Assembly: GCA_965262615.1 (NCBI GenBank)
Contig: OZ253545.1
Coordinates: 576,001-640,000 of the forward strand
DNA: 64,000 bases
Source: Alphaproteobacteria bacterium
GTDB taxonomy: Bacteria; Pseudomonadota; Alphaproteobacteria; GM7ARS4; G965262615
Reading direction: 5' to 3'
In this document: positions 52,157-62,379 of the stretch, piece after piece
Layout: every line of letters starts with the position of its first letter
Numbering within the stretch: position 1 is the first letter of the stretch
Notes under the pieces: model-generated
Told to the model about the DNA's origin: nothing
Seen by the model: the letters and a program-made list of their open reading frames with translations, nothing else
Database searches by the model: none
Translations under genes and position numbers: made by a program

Positions 52157-53454
52157 TGTTTTCCCCGCGTGAGATTATATCGGAATTGAATCGCTTCATC
52201 ATTGGTCAAGAGGAAGCCAAGCGGGCGGTGGCGGTGGCATTACGCAATCGCTGGCGGCGCATGCAGGTGCCGCCACCCATGAGAGATGAAATTCTGCCCA
52301 AGAACATTCTCATGATTGGGCCCACCGGTGTCGGCAAGACCGAGATGGCGCGGCGGCTCTCGCATTTGGATGATGCCCCTTTTGTCAAGGTGGAAGCCAC
52401 CAAATTTACCGAAGTGGGATATGTGGGACGCGATGTGGAACAGATTATTCGCGATCTCGTGGATGTCGCCATCGCTCAAACCCGAGAGCGCACCAGACAA
52501 AAAGTCACCGCACAAGCCGAACTGGCAACAGAACAAAAACTCATTCAGGCGTTGAGTCAAAGCTTCAGCACAGACCCTAAACAATTGCTACAGCAATTAC
52601 GCACAGGAGCTCTGGATGACCAACAGGTGGATGTCAATGTGAAAGAATCACCCGCCGTGCAAATGCCATCATTTGAATTGCCCGGCATGACGGGCGCGCA
52701 CATGGTCAATATGCAAGACATCATTGGTAAAATGATGGGCGGTGATAAACAGCGTCAGCGCAAAATGACCGTCAAGGAAGCCAAAGCAAGACTGCTGGAG
52801 GAAGAGTGCGATAAACACATTGATGAGGATGAACTTCATCGCTCGGCTCTTGAAATCGTGCAAGAGCGCGGCATTGTCTTTATTGATGAGATTGACAAGA
52901 CTTGCCGTCATGATTCGGCACAGCGCGGCGGCGATGTCAGTCGTGAGGGGGTGCAGCGGGATCTTCTGCCATTGATTGAAGGGACGATTGTCACCACCCG
53001 TTATGGCGCGGTGCGGACGGATCATATTTTATTCATTGCTTCGGGGGCGTTTCACGGCGCAAAGCCGTCTGACCTCATGCCGGAATTGCAAGGACGATTG
53101 CCGGTGCGGGTGCGCTTTAAGCCTCTTTCCAGCGATGATTTTTTTCTCATTCTCACCGAGCCAGAAAACAATTTGGTGCGCCAGTATCAATCGTTGCTGC
53201 GAGCTGAGCAGGTGGAGCTGGACATGGATGAGGATGCCATTGTGCGCATTGCTCAACTGGCGGCGGATGTCAATGATCGCATTGAGAACATTGGCGCGCG
53301 CCGCTTGCATGCTCTGATGGAACGGGTGCTGGAGGATATTAGTTTTGAGGCAGGGGATTCGTCTAAAAAGAAGTTTCATGTCACCAAAGCTTATGTGGAT
53401 GAGCGCATGCAAAGCTTCATTGAAGAGCAAGATTTATCCCGTTTTATTTTGTGA
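52153..53454 (+). CDS. hslU: ATP-dependent protease ATPase subunit HslU
   Basis: PKNILMIGPTGVGKTE, GYVGRDVE, VSREGVQRD, ENIGARRL. Confidence 0.98.
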   Translation: MMFSPREIISELNRFIIGQEEAKRAVAVALRNRWRRMQVPPPMRDEILPKNILMIGPTGVGKTEMARRLSHLDDAPFVKVEATKFTEVGYVGRDVEQIIRDLVDVAIAQTRERTRQKVTAQAELATEQKLIQALSQSFSTDPKQLLQQLRTGALDDQQVDVNVKESPAVQMPSFELPGMTGAHMVNMQDIIGKMMGGDKQRQRKMTVKEAKARLLEEECDKHIDEDELHRSALEIVQERGIVFIDEIDKTCRHDSAQRGGDVSREGVQRDLLPLIEGTIVTTRYGAVRTDHILFIASGAFHGAKPSDLMPELQGRLPVRVRFKPLSSDDFFLILTEPENNLVRQYQSLLRAEQVELDMDEDAIVRIAQLAADVNDRIENIGARRLHALMERVLEDISFEAGDSSKKKFHVTKAYVDERMQSFIEEQDLSRFIL

Positions 53455-54418
53455 CCATGTATTCCAGCAAAATAGCCTTATGGCGACCGATGGTGCGTGC
53501 CGAGCCATACGCCATCACCGTGCCAGACAAATCACACAGACGCAAATGACCCCTGTCCAATTGCGCCATAGCCCTGCCGTAGGGGATGGTGAGGGCGGAG
53601 GTTTGTTGCTCAAGATAATCAAGCGGCAGCGACACCGGCACGGCTTCAATGGAGACAAACGCCTCATCTGGAGTGTGAAAGAGTTCATCCCCCATCACCA
53701 GCATGCCATCGTCATAGGAGGCATCATAATTGTGGTCGCCGATGGCGAGGGTGATGTCATGAGCATCCTCATCATCGTGATGGGTGTAGAGCACCATGTC
53801 TCCTGCGGTGAGAGATTGAAATTCGGCATCATCCAACATGACACTGCCCACAATTACGCGCGCATCAATGGTGAGTGGCGGTGATGGGGGCGTGGCGTGA
53901 TTGAGGCAAGAGATTAGATGTGCGAAAAAATCCACATCCGCTTCCTGAATTTCCAAAGTAAAACGATGTGTCTTTTTGTCGTTGCGAGCGGAGGCGGCGA
54001 TGGTGATGGCAGAGTCGGACGGCATCTCGTGTGGCTGCCACTGGCAATCGGTGATATGGATGGGCACGCCCAATTGCTGTTCGCATTCATTGAGGATTGG
54101 CTCGCCGATGGATTCCAGCAGGGCACAACGAACGGTCATGGGGGCGGAACGCAGAGCTTCTTCCACTTGGCTTGGGCTGAGATCGGGATGGTTCGGCAGC
54201 CGATGAAGATGACAATGACATGATTTGTCGCCAACGGTGAGAGAGAGTTTCACAATGCTGGAATTCACAGCATTGGTGGCGAGACTCATCACACCCACAG
54301 AATTAAGCATGATGCCATTCAATCCATCACGCAGGGCATTGTGATGATGCCACCCAGTGGCGGTGGAAGATTGCAACGAGTGCGGGCGATGAGGGGTGGA
54401 TGGCGGCAGAATAATCAC
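53444..54418 (-). CDS. sctQ: T3SS sorting-platform protein SctQ-like (divergent)
   Basis: SpoA-like ARVIVGSVML...FQSLTAGDMVL; position after sctN-O-P. Confidence 0.6.
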   Translation of the reverse strand: MIILPPSTPHRPHSLQSSTATGWHHHNALRDGLNGIMLNSVGVMSLATNAVNSSIVKLSLTVGDKSCHCHLHRLPNHPDLSPSQVEEALRSAPMTVRCALLESIGEPILNECEQQLGVPIHITDCQWQPHEMPSDSAITIAASARNDKKTHRFTLEIQEADVDFFAHLISCLNHATPPSPPLTIDARVIVGSVMLDDAEFQSLTAGDMVLYTHHDDEDAHDITLAIGDHNYDASYDDGMLVMGDELFHTPDEAFVSIEAVPVSLPLDYLEQQTSALTIPYGRAMAQLDRGHLRLCDLSGTVMAYGSARTIGRHKAILLEYMVTK

Positions 54419-55293
54419 GATGGAGTCTCACCCTCGTCCATGAGGTCCAATCCCCGTGAGCGTTGGTCTGGATTGCCCTGTTCTTGTTCTGAGGTGTAGT
54501 TGAGTTGCACATCCACATCCAATCCGCTTTGGCGGGTGAGGAGGTCGGCGAGATTGCTCTGTTCGGTCGCCAGCACATGGTGAGACACGGGGGAGGCGGT
54601 GTTCATTTGCACCATGAGTCCGCCGCCGCGTTCGGTCAGGCGAATTTCGGTCTGAGGCAGCAGGCGGCTATCCACCTTGATACGCACCTCGCCGCCGTGT
54701 GCCTGTTGGCTGCCCACCAAAATGCGCTCCGCCACCTGCGTGAGAGCTGGCGAGATGGTGGAAGCTTGAGCCGTTGCAGTCGCCTGAGGAGTGGTATGCG
54801 GTGCATGGGGCATGGAGGTGGGACGCTCGGCGCTGGTCATGAGCGGTTGTTGTTCAATGGTGTCATGATGACCCTCACGGGAGATTTTTTTGTGATGGTC
54901 TTTATGGGGGTCAACGGTTTGTTGCCCGCGCGTGTCGTCATGATGAATTTTTTGGGAGATTTTCTTGGAGTGCTCTTTCTTTTGATTGTTCACTTGGTGC
55001 TCATCACGGTTGTTTTCCTCTCTTTTACTGACCTCTTCTTTGTCTCGTGGCTTTGACTGGCTTTGAGTCTCTTGGGTGTCATTTGTTGATGTGGGCTCGT
55101 CTCTCATTGTGGAGGATTCATGCGCGGTGCGCCGCGAAGTGGGGCGATGCTCCTCATTGATGAGACGCTGCAGGTGCGCGGCATCTTGTTGCACATTCTG
55201 ATTGGGCGTATTGGTGCGGGCTTGTTGCTGAGTGGTCTCAACAGCTTTTTCATCCATGGCGGGATTTTTTTGCGAATTGATGGCATCAATCAT
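54415..55293 (-). CDS. sctP: T3SS needle-length control protein SctP (FliK-like C-terminus)
   Basis: Disordered N-terminus; C-terminal VAERILV...EVRIKV...LP.TEI.L....GGL.V and QRSRG motif. Confidence 0.8.
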   Translation of the reverse strand: MIDAINSQKNPAMDEKAVETTQQQARTNTPNQNVQQDAAHLQRLINEEHRPTSRRTAHESSTMRDEPTSTNDTQETQSQSKPRDKEEVSKREENNRDEHQVNNQKKEHSKKISQKIHHDDTRGQQTVDPHKDHHKKISREGHHDTIEQQPLMTSAERPTSMPHAPHTTPQATATAQASTISPALTQVAERILVGSQQAHGGEVRIKVDSRLLPQTEIRLTERGGGLMVQMNTASPVSHHVLATEQSNLADLLTRQSGLDVDVQLNYTSEQEQGNPDQRSRGLDLMDEGETPS

Positions 55294-55799
55294 GGGTCTT
55301 TCCTTTGAAAGCGGGTGGTGGCAAATTCATCAAGCTCGTCATCTTCGCGCCGATGGTGCTGAATGGTTTCTTCCTTCTGTATGTCTGTTGCCAATTCGTC
55401 CGTCTTGTTCCGTTGTTTGCGCGCTTTGCGATAGAGCTCGCGCGCTTTTTGCGTTTCTTCTTGGGCTTGTTGGTGGGATTGCTCGGCGGTGTTCTCTTGC
55501 GCGACGAGTTCCTGTTCGTGTTCTTTGAGCCGCTGGCGATGATTTTGCCATGCCTGCCAATCACGCTTGGTGAGCTTTTGTCCCTGAATGTCGGCAAAGA
55601 GAGCATCTTCTTTGGCGGGCATATCCTGTTGCCATGTGAGGCGTTCCTCTTGAGCTTGATCATAGTGTTTTTTGGCATCATCTTCTTGATGCTTGCGCTG
55701 TTGCAGGGCGCGCTCTTTTTTGTCCTCACGAATGTGACGCAATTTTTGCAAGGTGTGCACTTGTTTGAGAAAATTTGCCATCACACAAATTTCTCTCAC
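55290..55799 (-). CDS. sctO: T3SS stalk protein SctO
   Basis: Charged coiled coil, LR..RE..., E..E.DEF near C-terminus; directly after sctN. Confidence 0.8.
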   Translation of the reverse strand: MREICVMANFLKQVHTLQKLRHIREDKKERALQQRKHQEDDAKKHYDQAQEERLTWQQDMPAKEDALFADIQGQKLTKRDWQAWQNHRQRLKEHEQELVAQENTAEQSHQQAQEETQKARELYRKARKQRNKTDELATDIQKEETIQHHRREDDELDEFATTRFQRKDP

Positions 55800-57112
55800 A
55801 CAATAGCTTGAAGTTGGGCAAGGGTATCATCAAAAGATATTTGTTCTCTGACTCCTTGTTGGAGAAATTCCTCAATGGCATCATGATGAGCCACGGCGTT
55901 GTCAATGGTGGCATCATTGCCTTCTTGATATTCGCCGATGCGAATGAGCATTTCCACTTCTTTGTAGCTTGCCATCATGGAGCGCATTGTTCCTGCGGCG
56001 TGTTGATGGCTTTTGTCGGTGATGGCAGTCATGACGCGGCTGGTGCTGGCGAGAATATCAATGGCGGGATAATGGTTGCGGGCGGCAAGGTCACGAGACA
56101 AAATTATGTGACCGTCCAGAATGGAGCGGGTTTCGTCAGCGACTGGTTCGGTCATGTCATCGCCTTCCACAAGGACGGTATAAAGGGCGGTGATAGAGCC
56201 TCGCTCGCCCATGCCGGTGCGCTCCATGAGGCGCGGCAGCTCGGCAAAGACCGATGGCGGAAAGCCTCGCCGTGTGGGCGGCTCACCCGCCGACAAGCCA
56301 ATTTCGCGCTGGGCGCGGGCAAAGCGCGTGACCGAATCCATCAAGAACAAAACCTTCAAACCCTGATCTCTAAAATAATCGGCAATGGCGGTTGCCACCC
56401 ATGCGGCTTTGGCGCGCTCCATAGAGGATTTATCCGATGTTGCCACCACCAGTATGGAACGCTTCATGCCTTCTTCTCCCAGATCCCGTTCAATGAATTC
56501 TCGCACCTCTCGTCCGCGCTCACCAATGAGGGCAAGAATTGTGACATCGGCAGATGAGCCTTTGACAATCATGGAGAGCAAGGTTGATTTGCCGCCGCCC
56601 GCTGCCGCAAAAATTCCCATGCGTTGTCCCTCGCCGCAGGTGAGCAAGCCATCAATGGCGCGCACCCCCAGTGGCAGAGGCTCGCTGATGATGCGGCGCG
56701 TCATGGGATTGGGTGCTGCGCCATAGATGGGATAGGAAGACTCCGATTCCAGCGCGCCCTTGTTGTCAATAGGATTGCCCATGCCGTCCAGAATACGCCC
56801 CAGCATGGCATGCCCCACCGACACATGATGACTGCGTCCGGTGGGAATCACCTCAGTGGCATCGGAGATGCCCATCATCGTGCCGATGGGCGTCAGCAGA
56901 GCTTCTCGTCCGTGAAAGCCAATCACCTCTGCCAGCAGAATCTGATCGTGATGGGGTGTCACCAACTGACACAGCTCTCCCACTTCCGCCTGCGGTGTCA
57001 CCGCTTTGATGATTGTGCCCAGAACTTGCGTCACCCGTCCTCGTGAGCGCATCGTTGCGGTGTCATTGATGGTAGAGCCGATGAGGTCGGTGATGTAAGA
57101 TAAATCACGCAT
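55796..57112 (-). CDS. sctN: T3SS ATPase SctN (YscN/BscN type)
   Basis: [72 protein letters not shown]. Confidence 0.97.
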   Translation of the reverse strand: MRDLSYITDLIGSTINDTATMRSRGRVTQVLGTIIKAVTPQAEVGELCQLVTPHHDQILLAEVIGFHGREALLTPIGTMMGISDATEVIPTGRSHHVSVGHAMLGRILDGMGNPIDNKGALESESSYPIYGAAPNPMTRRIISEPLPLGVRAIDGLLTCGEGQRMGIFAAAGGGKSTLLSMIVKGSSADVTILALIGERGREVREFIERDLGEEGMKRSILVVATSDKSSMERAKAAWVATAIADYFRDQGLKVLFLMDSVTRFARAQREIGLSAGEPPTRRGFPPSVFAELPRLMERTGMGERGSITALYTVLVEGDDMTEPVADETRSILDGHIILSRDLAARNHYPAIDILASTSRVMTAITDKSHQHAAGTMRSMMASYKEVEMLIRIGEYQEGNDATIDNAVAHHDAIEEFLQQGVREQISFDDTLAQLQAIV

Positions 57113-57716
57113 CGCTTTGGCGTCCAAATAAATGACCCAAACTGTTGCGAATGGCAGCCAGCTGCACATCCAAACTGGCATCCAGCACTCCTAAGTCGCT
57201 CTCTAAAATGACACTGCCGCGCGCCAAGGATGAATCACGCACAATCTCCACAAAACTGGCATCGGTGATTTCTTTTTGCAGAACGGCTTGGTCTTCTTTG
57301 GCAACCCGCAGGCGGACGCGTTCGTGGTCACGCATCATTTTGAGAGCTTTGCGGACAATGGCGCGCACCTTGTCGCCTTGATCCATATCGTCCAGTATTT
57401 TTTGCAAGGCATCCATCACCAGCTCGGTGACGCTGTCTTCCAGATGATTGATATAATCCACACTGCGCGCCGCGGTGGTCATCATTTGCTCCGCCATTTG
57501 CATCTGTGCTTGTTCAATGGCTTTTTGTTTTTCCTTTTCTTTGATGACGATGGCTTGCGCGCGTGCGGCGCGCAGATGCTGTGCCGCCTGCCGCCGCGCA
57601 TGGCTGATGATGGTCATGCCTTGCGTGGCTTGTGCCAGCATCTTCCGCTTGATGACTTTCGTCTCCGTCCGCAGAAGATACTCTTCCAATGTTTGCTGGT
57701 CTGATGGCTGGGTCAT
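57105..57716 (-). CDS. sctL: T3SS stator SctL (HrpE/YscL/FliH family)
   Basis: AL.KIL...D, D..L..G.VILES.LG..DASL..QL. Confidence 0.88.
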   Translation of the reverse strand: MTQPSDQQTLEEYLLRTETKVIKRKMLAQATQGMTIISHARRQAAQHLRAARAQAIVIKEKEKQKAIEQAQMQMAEQMMTTAARSVDYINHLEDSVTELVMDALQKILDDMDQGDKVRAIVRKALKMMRDHERVRLRVAKEDQAVLQKEITDASFVEIVRDSSLARGSVILESDLGVLDASLDVQLAAIRNSLGHLFGRQSDA

Positions 57717-58309
57717 GTCAATAAGGCGATGGGTTGATTCATGAGCCGTCCCAAGCGGTGAAAGAACAATGCACAGTTCGCAATGGCAATGGGCTTTGTT
57801 TTTTGCGGTGGTGGCAATCGGCGCAAAAAAACATCGCGCCACTCTCGCGACAAATCATCGGCACACTGGCGCAGCAACTGATAGCCGCGCGCATAGCAAT
57901 CATGACGCGCCGTTTGCGTCATATCTTTAGGCAGAGAAATTCCCAACAGGTCGGCACTGCGCACCACAAACAATCGCAATTCTTGTCCCCACTCTTCATC
58001 AATGGAACGGACGCTGTCGCCATCAATCGTCTGTCTGAGGTGACGCGCCGTCAAAACAGCCCCTCCATAGAGTGCCAGTAAATCCAATGACGGCGGCGGC
58101 AACAGTGCCACATGCTGAGCTGTGTCCAATTGGTTGATGTCACACCACGGCGTGTCATCGGTGGCGCGCAAGAGGTATCTGCCGCGCGCATGGCGCAGAC
58201 AAAAAGCCATGATGGCATCATCGGTATCGTCACGCGCCGCCATCGTGACAAATTGCGTCATGGCAACGGCAAGGGCAGCTGTGTTACGGCTTGTCATCAG
58301 AAACGCCAT
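57713..58309 (-). CDS. sctK: T3SS SctK-like sorting-platform protein
   Basis: Position between sctJ and sctL; ALL....L..LA...GA.......I.G..V pattern. Confidence 0.55.
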   Translation of the reverse strand: MAFLMTSRNTAALAVAMTQFVTMAARDDTDDAIMAFCLRHARGRYLLRATDDTPWCDINQLDTAQHVALLPPPSLDLLALYGGAVLTARHLRQTIDGDSVRSIDEEWGQELRLFVVRSADLLGISLPKDMTQTARHDCYARGYQLLRQCADDLSREWRDVFLRRLPPPQKTKPIAIANCALFFHRLGRLMNQPIALLT

Positions 58310-58904
58310 CGGAAAACATTGTCAGGGGATGGGCGGCAATCAAAACAACGGCAATGTCGGTGTAATCCACATGCGCCAAAGAGCGCGCCACCAAATTTTT
58401 AATGCGCGGCACAAGATCATGAATGTCATAGCGGTCGTCATAGCGAATGAAAACCGCCGCACTGCTTTTGATTTCTTTCTTGTGACTGGTCGCATCATCA
58501 GGCAATGACGAATGAACCCGAGCCGTCAGCACCCCATCAATGGCAGAGAGCGTCTCGGAGAGCTCTTGAGTCAAAGCATAATTGAGGCGCGCTCGCTGTT
58601 CCAATGAGGAAGAGATGCGGCTGTCATTTTTGAACATCTCACTGACGCCATCAAATTGTGGGCGCGGATAGCCTCTGTCTTGAAGCACCGTCATGGCGTG
58701 AGCAAATTGCTTTTCCTCCACATTGATGCCAAATAGATCGCCCTTGACGGTGAATTTTTCCGCATCAATGTGTGCCTCCAACAAGATGGCAAGCATTTCG
58801 TTGGCTTCCTGCTCTTGCAAATCGTGATAGAGTTCGGTCTTGCAGGCAGCAAGGATGATGGTTGCCATCACAAGGGCAGTCAGACGCAGACGGCACGCCA
58901 TCAC
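58284..58904 (-). CDS. sctJ: T3SS inner-membrane ring lipoprotein SctJ
   Basis: Lipobox LAAC, LY..L.E.EANEM, G.PR, QELS.TLS.IDGV..ARVH, SAAVFI. Confidence 0.95.
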   Translation of the reverse strand: MMACRLRLTALVMATIILAACKTELYHDLQEQEANEMLAILLEAHIDAEKFTVKGDLFGINVEEKQFAHAMTVLQDRGYPRPQFDGVSEMFKNDSRISSSLEQRARLNYALTQELSETLSAIDGVLTARVHSSLPDDATSHKKEIKSSAAVFIRYDDRYDIHDLVPRIKNLVARSLAHVDYTDIAVVLIAAHPLTMFSDGVSDDKP

Positions 58905-59305
58905 TGCTCTGCTTCTTTGACTCCCGCCAGTGCGTTTGCCATCGCCACCGCCCAGGGCTCTTTGCCTTCTTTGCGCACCATCTCAACCATGCGCATGGAT
59001 TCCTGACGGCGACCGCCACAATGCAATGCCAGTGCCAAAAAGCAATTGACAGCCTCACTGTCTCGATGGTCATGCAGGTGTGCTTTGCTCAGCAGAGCGA
59101 TGGCTTGTTCCCACTCGCCGCCGTTCATGCGAGCCAGTGCCATGCCCACGATGGGAAGGTCGCTTTTGGGTTTTAACACACGCAAGCCGTCAAAAATTGT
59201 CTCGGCGGATTTTTGATCCCCCATGCCAGCCGCCACCATGCCTGTTTCGCTCAACAGACGGGCAAGGCTCATGGAGAGAGGAGGGAGAGAGCGGTCGCTT
59301 TTCAT
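58901..59305 (-). CDS. T3SS TPR chaperone (YscG/SsaH/CdsG/Bcr4-like)
   Basis: LL.E.G..A...G....AE.IF.GL....P....P..G.AL TPR pattern. Confidence 0.65.
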   Translation of the reverse strand: MKSDRSLPPLSMSLARLLSETGMVAAGMGDQKSAETIFDGLRVLKPKSDLPIVGMALARMNGGEWEQAIALLSKAHLHDHRDSEAVNCFLALALHCGGRRQESMRMVEMVRKEGKEPWAVAMANALAGVKEAEQ

Positions 59306-59320
59306 GGAATCATCCTTTCC

Positions 59321-60118
59321 TTAATAGTGACTCTTTTCAGCCGTTTGATGATGGGTGTCATTGATCTCCTTGATGGTTTGCAACACCGCTTGTTGCATAC
59401 TCCAGATGTTTTGCATGTCTTCGCTGTCTTGGGAGACATATGTTCCCGCTTTGGTGGCGGCGGTTTCATCTTCGGTTTCTTTGGCTTTGGCTTGGGTTTC
59501 TTCGTAGGTAGCCGTGGAGCTGCCCATTTTGCCGCCCGCACTGATGGTATCGCTCACCGCCGTGTAGCGCATCTGCGTGCTTTGCGACAATGCCGCACCC
59601 GCCTGAGCATCCGATGCCCCACGCATCGCTTTCAAACCGCGCGCACCACCCACGCCCTGAGCAACGCCCGCTCCAATCTCCGCCGCACCTTGAACACAAC
59701 CACTGATGAGCTCCATATTTGCCTCTTTCTTGATGTCCTTGCTTTTATCCTTGAGAGAACTCACCTGTGAGGACAAATCCGCTTTGCGCTCTTTGCGCTC
59801 CGATTGATGAGTCGCCAGCTCCGATTGAATCAGCGTCAGAAGCAACGACAGCCAGTCAAACTTGTCGCCGCTATTGAGTGCAGCCATGCGGTTATATGTG
59901 CCGTCTAAGGAATGACCGCCTTTTGTATTGGGCGCGGACAGTGTCACATGGGAGGCTGTCGGCGTGGTCGCCTTGCCACCCGATGTGCTCTCCTCAACGG
60001 TCGTCAGGGGCGTGGCGGTGGTGGGACGATTCTTGCCCACATCACCTTTTTGACCGGTTTTGCGAGTCTCCTGTGTCGCCGTTGTCGGCAGGGGGGGTGT
60101 GCTGATGCTGTTGATCAT
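59321..60118 (-). CDS. sctB: T3SS minor translocator SctB (YopD/BopD/SseD-like)
   Basis: S/T-rich N-terminus, VTLSAP chaperone-binding motif, one Gly/Ala hydrophobic segment, amphipathic C-terminus; SD AGGAG. Confidence 0.75.
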   Translation of the reverse strand: MINSISTPPLPTTATQETRKTGQKGDVGKNRPTTATPLTTVEESTSGGKATTPTASHVTLSAPNTKGGHSLDGTYNRMAALNSGDKFDWLSLLLTLIQSELATHQSERKERKADLSSQVSSLKDKSKDIKKEANMELISGCVQGAAEIGAGVAQGVGGARGLKAMRGASDAQAGAALSQSTQMRYTAVSDTISAGGKMGSSTATYEETQAKAKETEDETAATKAGTYVSQDSEDMQNIWSMQQAVLQTIKEINDTHHQTAEKSHY

Positions 60119-60137
60119 CGTTTTGCTCCTTTGCGGG

Positions 60138-61259
60138 TTACACCATTTGTTCGGCGGTATAGTCTGTGCCTTCATTGAAACTTTGAATCACCTCAAAGGC
60201 ACTGGATCTGGTATCTTGAATCATTTTGCTGGTGCGCTTGATGTCGGTCACCATCTGTTGCTTGTTGGATTCCATCTCCTTGATGGTGGCGTGGGTCTCG
60301 GCTTCATCGGCGCGATCCTTGGTGGCATCGGAGGTATACACCGCTTTGGCAACATCCGCTCCGCCCTCTGACACCATTGAGGTGGCTTGCACAACCGTCT
60401 CAATCAAGCGAGAGACTTGCAAAACCATCGCCGCCGTCTCGGACGCTGTCGCACCACCCGATGCCACCGCAGCGATAATATTCGCGCCAATAATCACCGT
60501 CATCACCACCGCCATCGCCATGTATTGACTAATCTCTTTGGCTTTGTCTGCCGATGTGCCAAAAGCCTCCAGCATTTTGGCAAAGCCCTTGGCGATGCCA
60601 GTCATCATTTTGGTCATCGCGCCTGTCTCGCTCATAATCATCAGTCCCAGACCCACAACCGCCATCGCCAGCATCGGCCAAGCCGCACCACCGGTCGCTA
60701 TGGTCGCCACAACAGCCGCAATCACCGCAACAACCGTGCCAATCCAGCCAAAAATCTTGCTCACCAGACTCGCTTTCTTGCTCTTTTCGGTCTTCTTGAT
60801 GCTGTCTTTGATCTTGGCAATCACTTTTTTGTGTTGTTCTTGCAACGACTTGTCGCTGGATTTGAGCTCCTTTTTTTGCGACTCCATCTGTTTGTCACCC
60901 AACTCATTGCGAAGATGATTGAAAATCGCCGTCAAAATCTGTGAGTCCATCGTCGGCTTATCCAAGTGAGGCATACCCACATAGAGACGCGATGAAGTGT
61001 TGTTTTTTGTGCCGCCTTCTTTGGAAGAATCTGCAACCGTCAGCAAAGGACGAGACAACGATGGAACACCTGCCGATGAGGTTCGGCTGCTTTTGTGAAC
61101 AGTATTGCTCTTGAGATGACTGCTTTTGAGGTTTTTGCCCTTCAGGCTCTTGTTTCGCAAAGTAGACGCGCGTGTTGATGCTCCCCGCACCGTATCATCA
61201 TCGGGAAGATTGCTGGGCGGCAGAGCTCCGCCACTGCCCATGATTCCATTATACGGCAT
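60138..61259 (-). CDS. sctE: T3SS major translocator SctE (YopB/BopB/SseC-like)
   Basis: KIFGWIG.......A...TGGA hydrophobic hairpin, coiled coils, two PxLxxP motifs (PSLSRP, PHLDKP). Confidence 0.88.
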   Translation of the reverse strand: MPYNGIMGSGGALPPSNLPDDDTVRGASTRASTLRNKSLKGKNLKSSHLKSNTVHKSSRTSSAGVPSLSRPLLTVADSSKEGGTKNNTSSRLYVGMPHLDKPTMDSQILTAIFNHLRNELGDKQMESQKKELKSSDKSLQEQHKKVIAKIKDSIKKTEKSKKASLVSKIFGWIGTVVAVIAAVVATIATGGAAWPMLAMAVVGLGLMIMSETGAMTKMMTGIAKGFAKMLEAFGTSADKAKEISQYMAMAVVMTVIIGANIIAAVASGGATASETAAMVLQVSRLIETVVQATSMVSEGGADVAKAVYTSDATKDRADEAETHATIKEMESNKQQMVTDIKRTSKMIQDTRSSAFEVIQSFNEGTDYTAEQMV

Positions 61260-61262
61260 GAC

Positions 61263-61769
61263 TTATTTTTTCCTCTTTTTGCTGGTGCTGCGTTTTTGTT
61301 CATCGCTGATGTGATGCAGCATTTGCTGAGCTTGGGTCAAAAGCGATTGATACTTTTTGCGTCCTTTGGCTTGATGGATGGCGGCATCCAGAGATGTGCG
61401 CGCCGCATCAAAATCCTTCATTTCTATGAAGCAATAGGAGGCATGAAAAGACGGTTCGGGATCGTCAATGTCAAGAAGAGCCATGTAGGCATAAGATTCC
61501 GCCGCCTTCTTGTAGTTCTTTTGCATCTGATAACACGCCGCCAGACCCTTCCAAAAGCGTTTGTCCATGTGTTGATACAAGCACAGATAGCAGAACAATT
61601 TTTGTGCCTTGTCGTAGTCTCCTTGTCCGTAAAAGCTGTGAGCAACGCTGTAGATGGCTTCCAGATCGTCGGTGCTGATGCCCTGCAGCATGGAGAGCGT
61701 GCCACCATTCTTGATGACCTCCAGTCCGTGAGATAAATCGTGTTCGGTGATCTCGTGATGGGTGTTCAT
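61263..61769 (-). CDS. Class II translocator chaperone SycD/LcrH family
   Basis: GGTL..L.GIS...LEAIY..A..FY..G.Y..A..LF..LC, RFW.GL.AC.Q, P.P.FHA..C. Confidence 0.92.
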   Translation of the reverse strand: MNTHHEITEHDLSHGLEVIKNGGTLSMLQGISTDDLEAIYSVAHSFYGQGDYDKAQKLFCYLCLYQHMDKRFWKGLAACYQMQKNYKKAAESYAYMALLDIDDPEPSFHASYCFIEMKDFDAARTSLDAAIHQAKGRKKYQSLLTQAQQMLHHISDEQKRSTSKKRKK

Positions 61770-61781
61770 GATGGTCTCCCG

Positions 61782-62324
61782 TTAGTCTTTGATGGATTGG
61801 ATGATGGTCTCAGCGGTGCGAGAATACATGGATGCCATGTTGGACATTTGCTCGGAGTATTCACTGTGCATATCGGTGAGCTGTTTGATTTCGGTCTCAT
61901 CGGTTTGGCTATTGGTTGAGAGGGTGTCTATTTTACTGCGCACCACTTCGGTCCATTCGTCCCACTTGTCTTTATCAATATCGCCTGAATCGGGAGATTC
62001 GCCGTTGGCTTTGAGCCATGTCTGCACACTGGCGGGCAGGGTTTTTTTATCCGTTCCCGAGGGCTTGCCTGACAACAAAGATTGCAAAACATTATTGGCA
62101 TCTTGCTGTTTGGCGATGCGCTGTTTCATGGATTCACTTTTGGTTTTCAGCTGCGACTCGGCATTGTACATCAGACGAGCATTCACATAGAACTGCAGCT
62201 GCTCAAAAGAGAAGGTTTTGCCATCACTGGTGTGGTAGATGGTATTGCCGCTGGCATCGGTGCCACTGGTGATGGTCACGGGACGAGAGGTGTCACCGGT
62301 GATGGAAAATGGGTTGGACATCAT
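61782..62324 (-). CDS. Bsp22/EspA/SseB-like T3SS tip or filament protein
   Basis: N-terminal helix (ESQLK...MKQR..KQQ.AN) and C-terminal VRSKIDTLSTNSQTD..EIKQL........MSN......II. Confidence 0.65.
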   Translation of the reverse strand: MMSNPFSITGDTSRPVTITSGTDASGNTIYHTSDGKTFSFEQLQFYVNARLMYNAESQLKTKSESMKQRIAKQQDANNVLQSLLSGKPSGTDKKTLPASVQTWLKANGESPDSGDIDKDKWDEWTEVVRSKIDTLSTNSQTDETEIKQLTDMHSEYSEQMSNMASMYSRTAETIIQSIKD

Positions 62325-62379
62325 GCAATCTCCTTACGCTGTCTCTTGTGTTGGTGTGTGATGAGGGGAAATTGTTCCT

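Noticed and set aside
53444-58904. Flagellar fliH/fliI/fliJ/fliK/fliN cluster
   Set aside because: The SctJ lipoprotein, SycD chaperone, translocators and YscN-type Walker A indicate a non-flagellar T3SS
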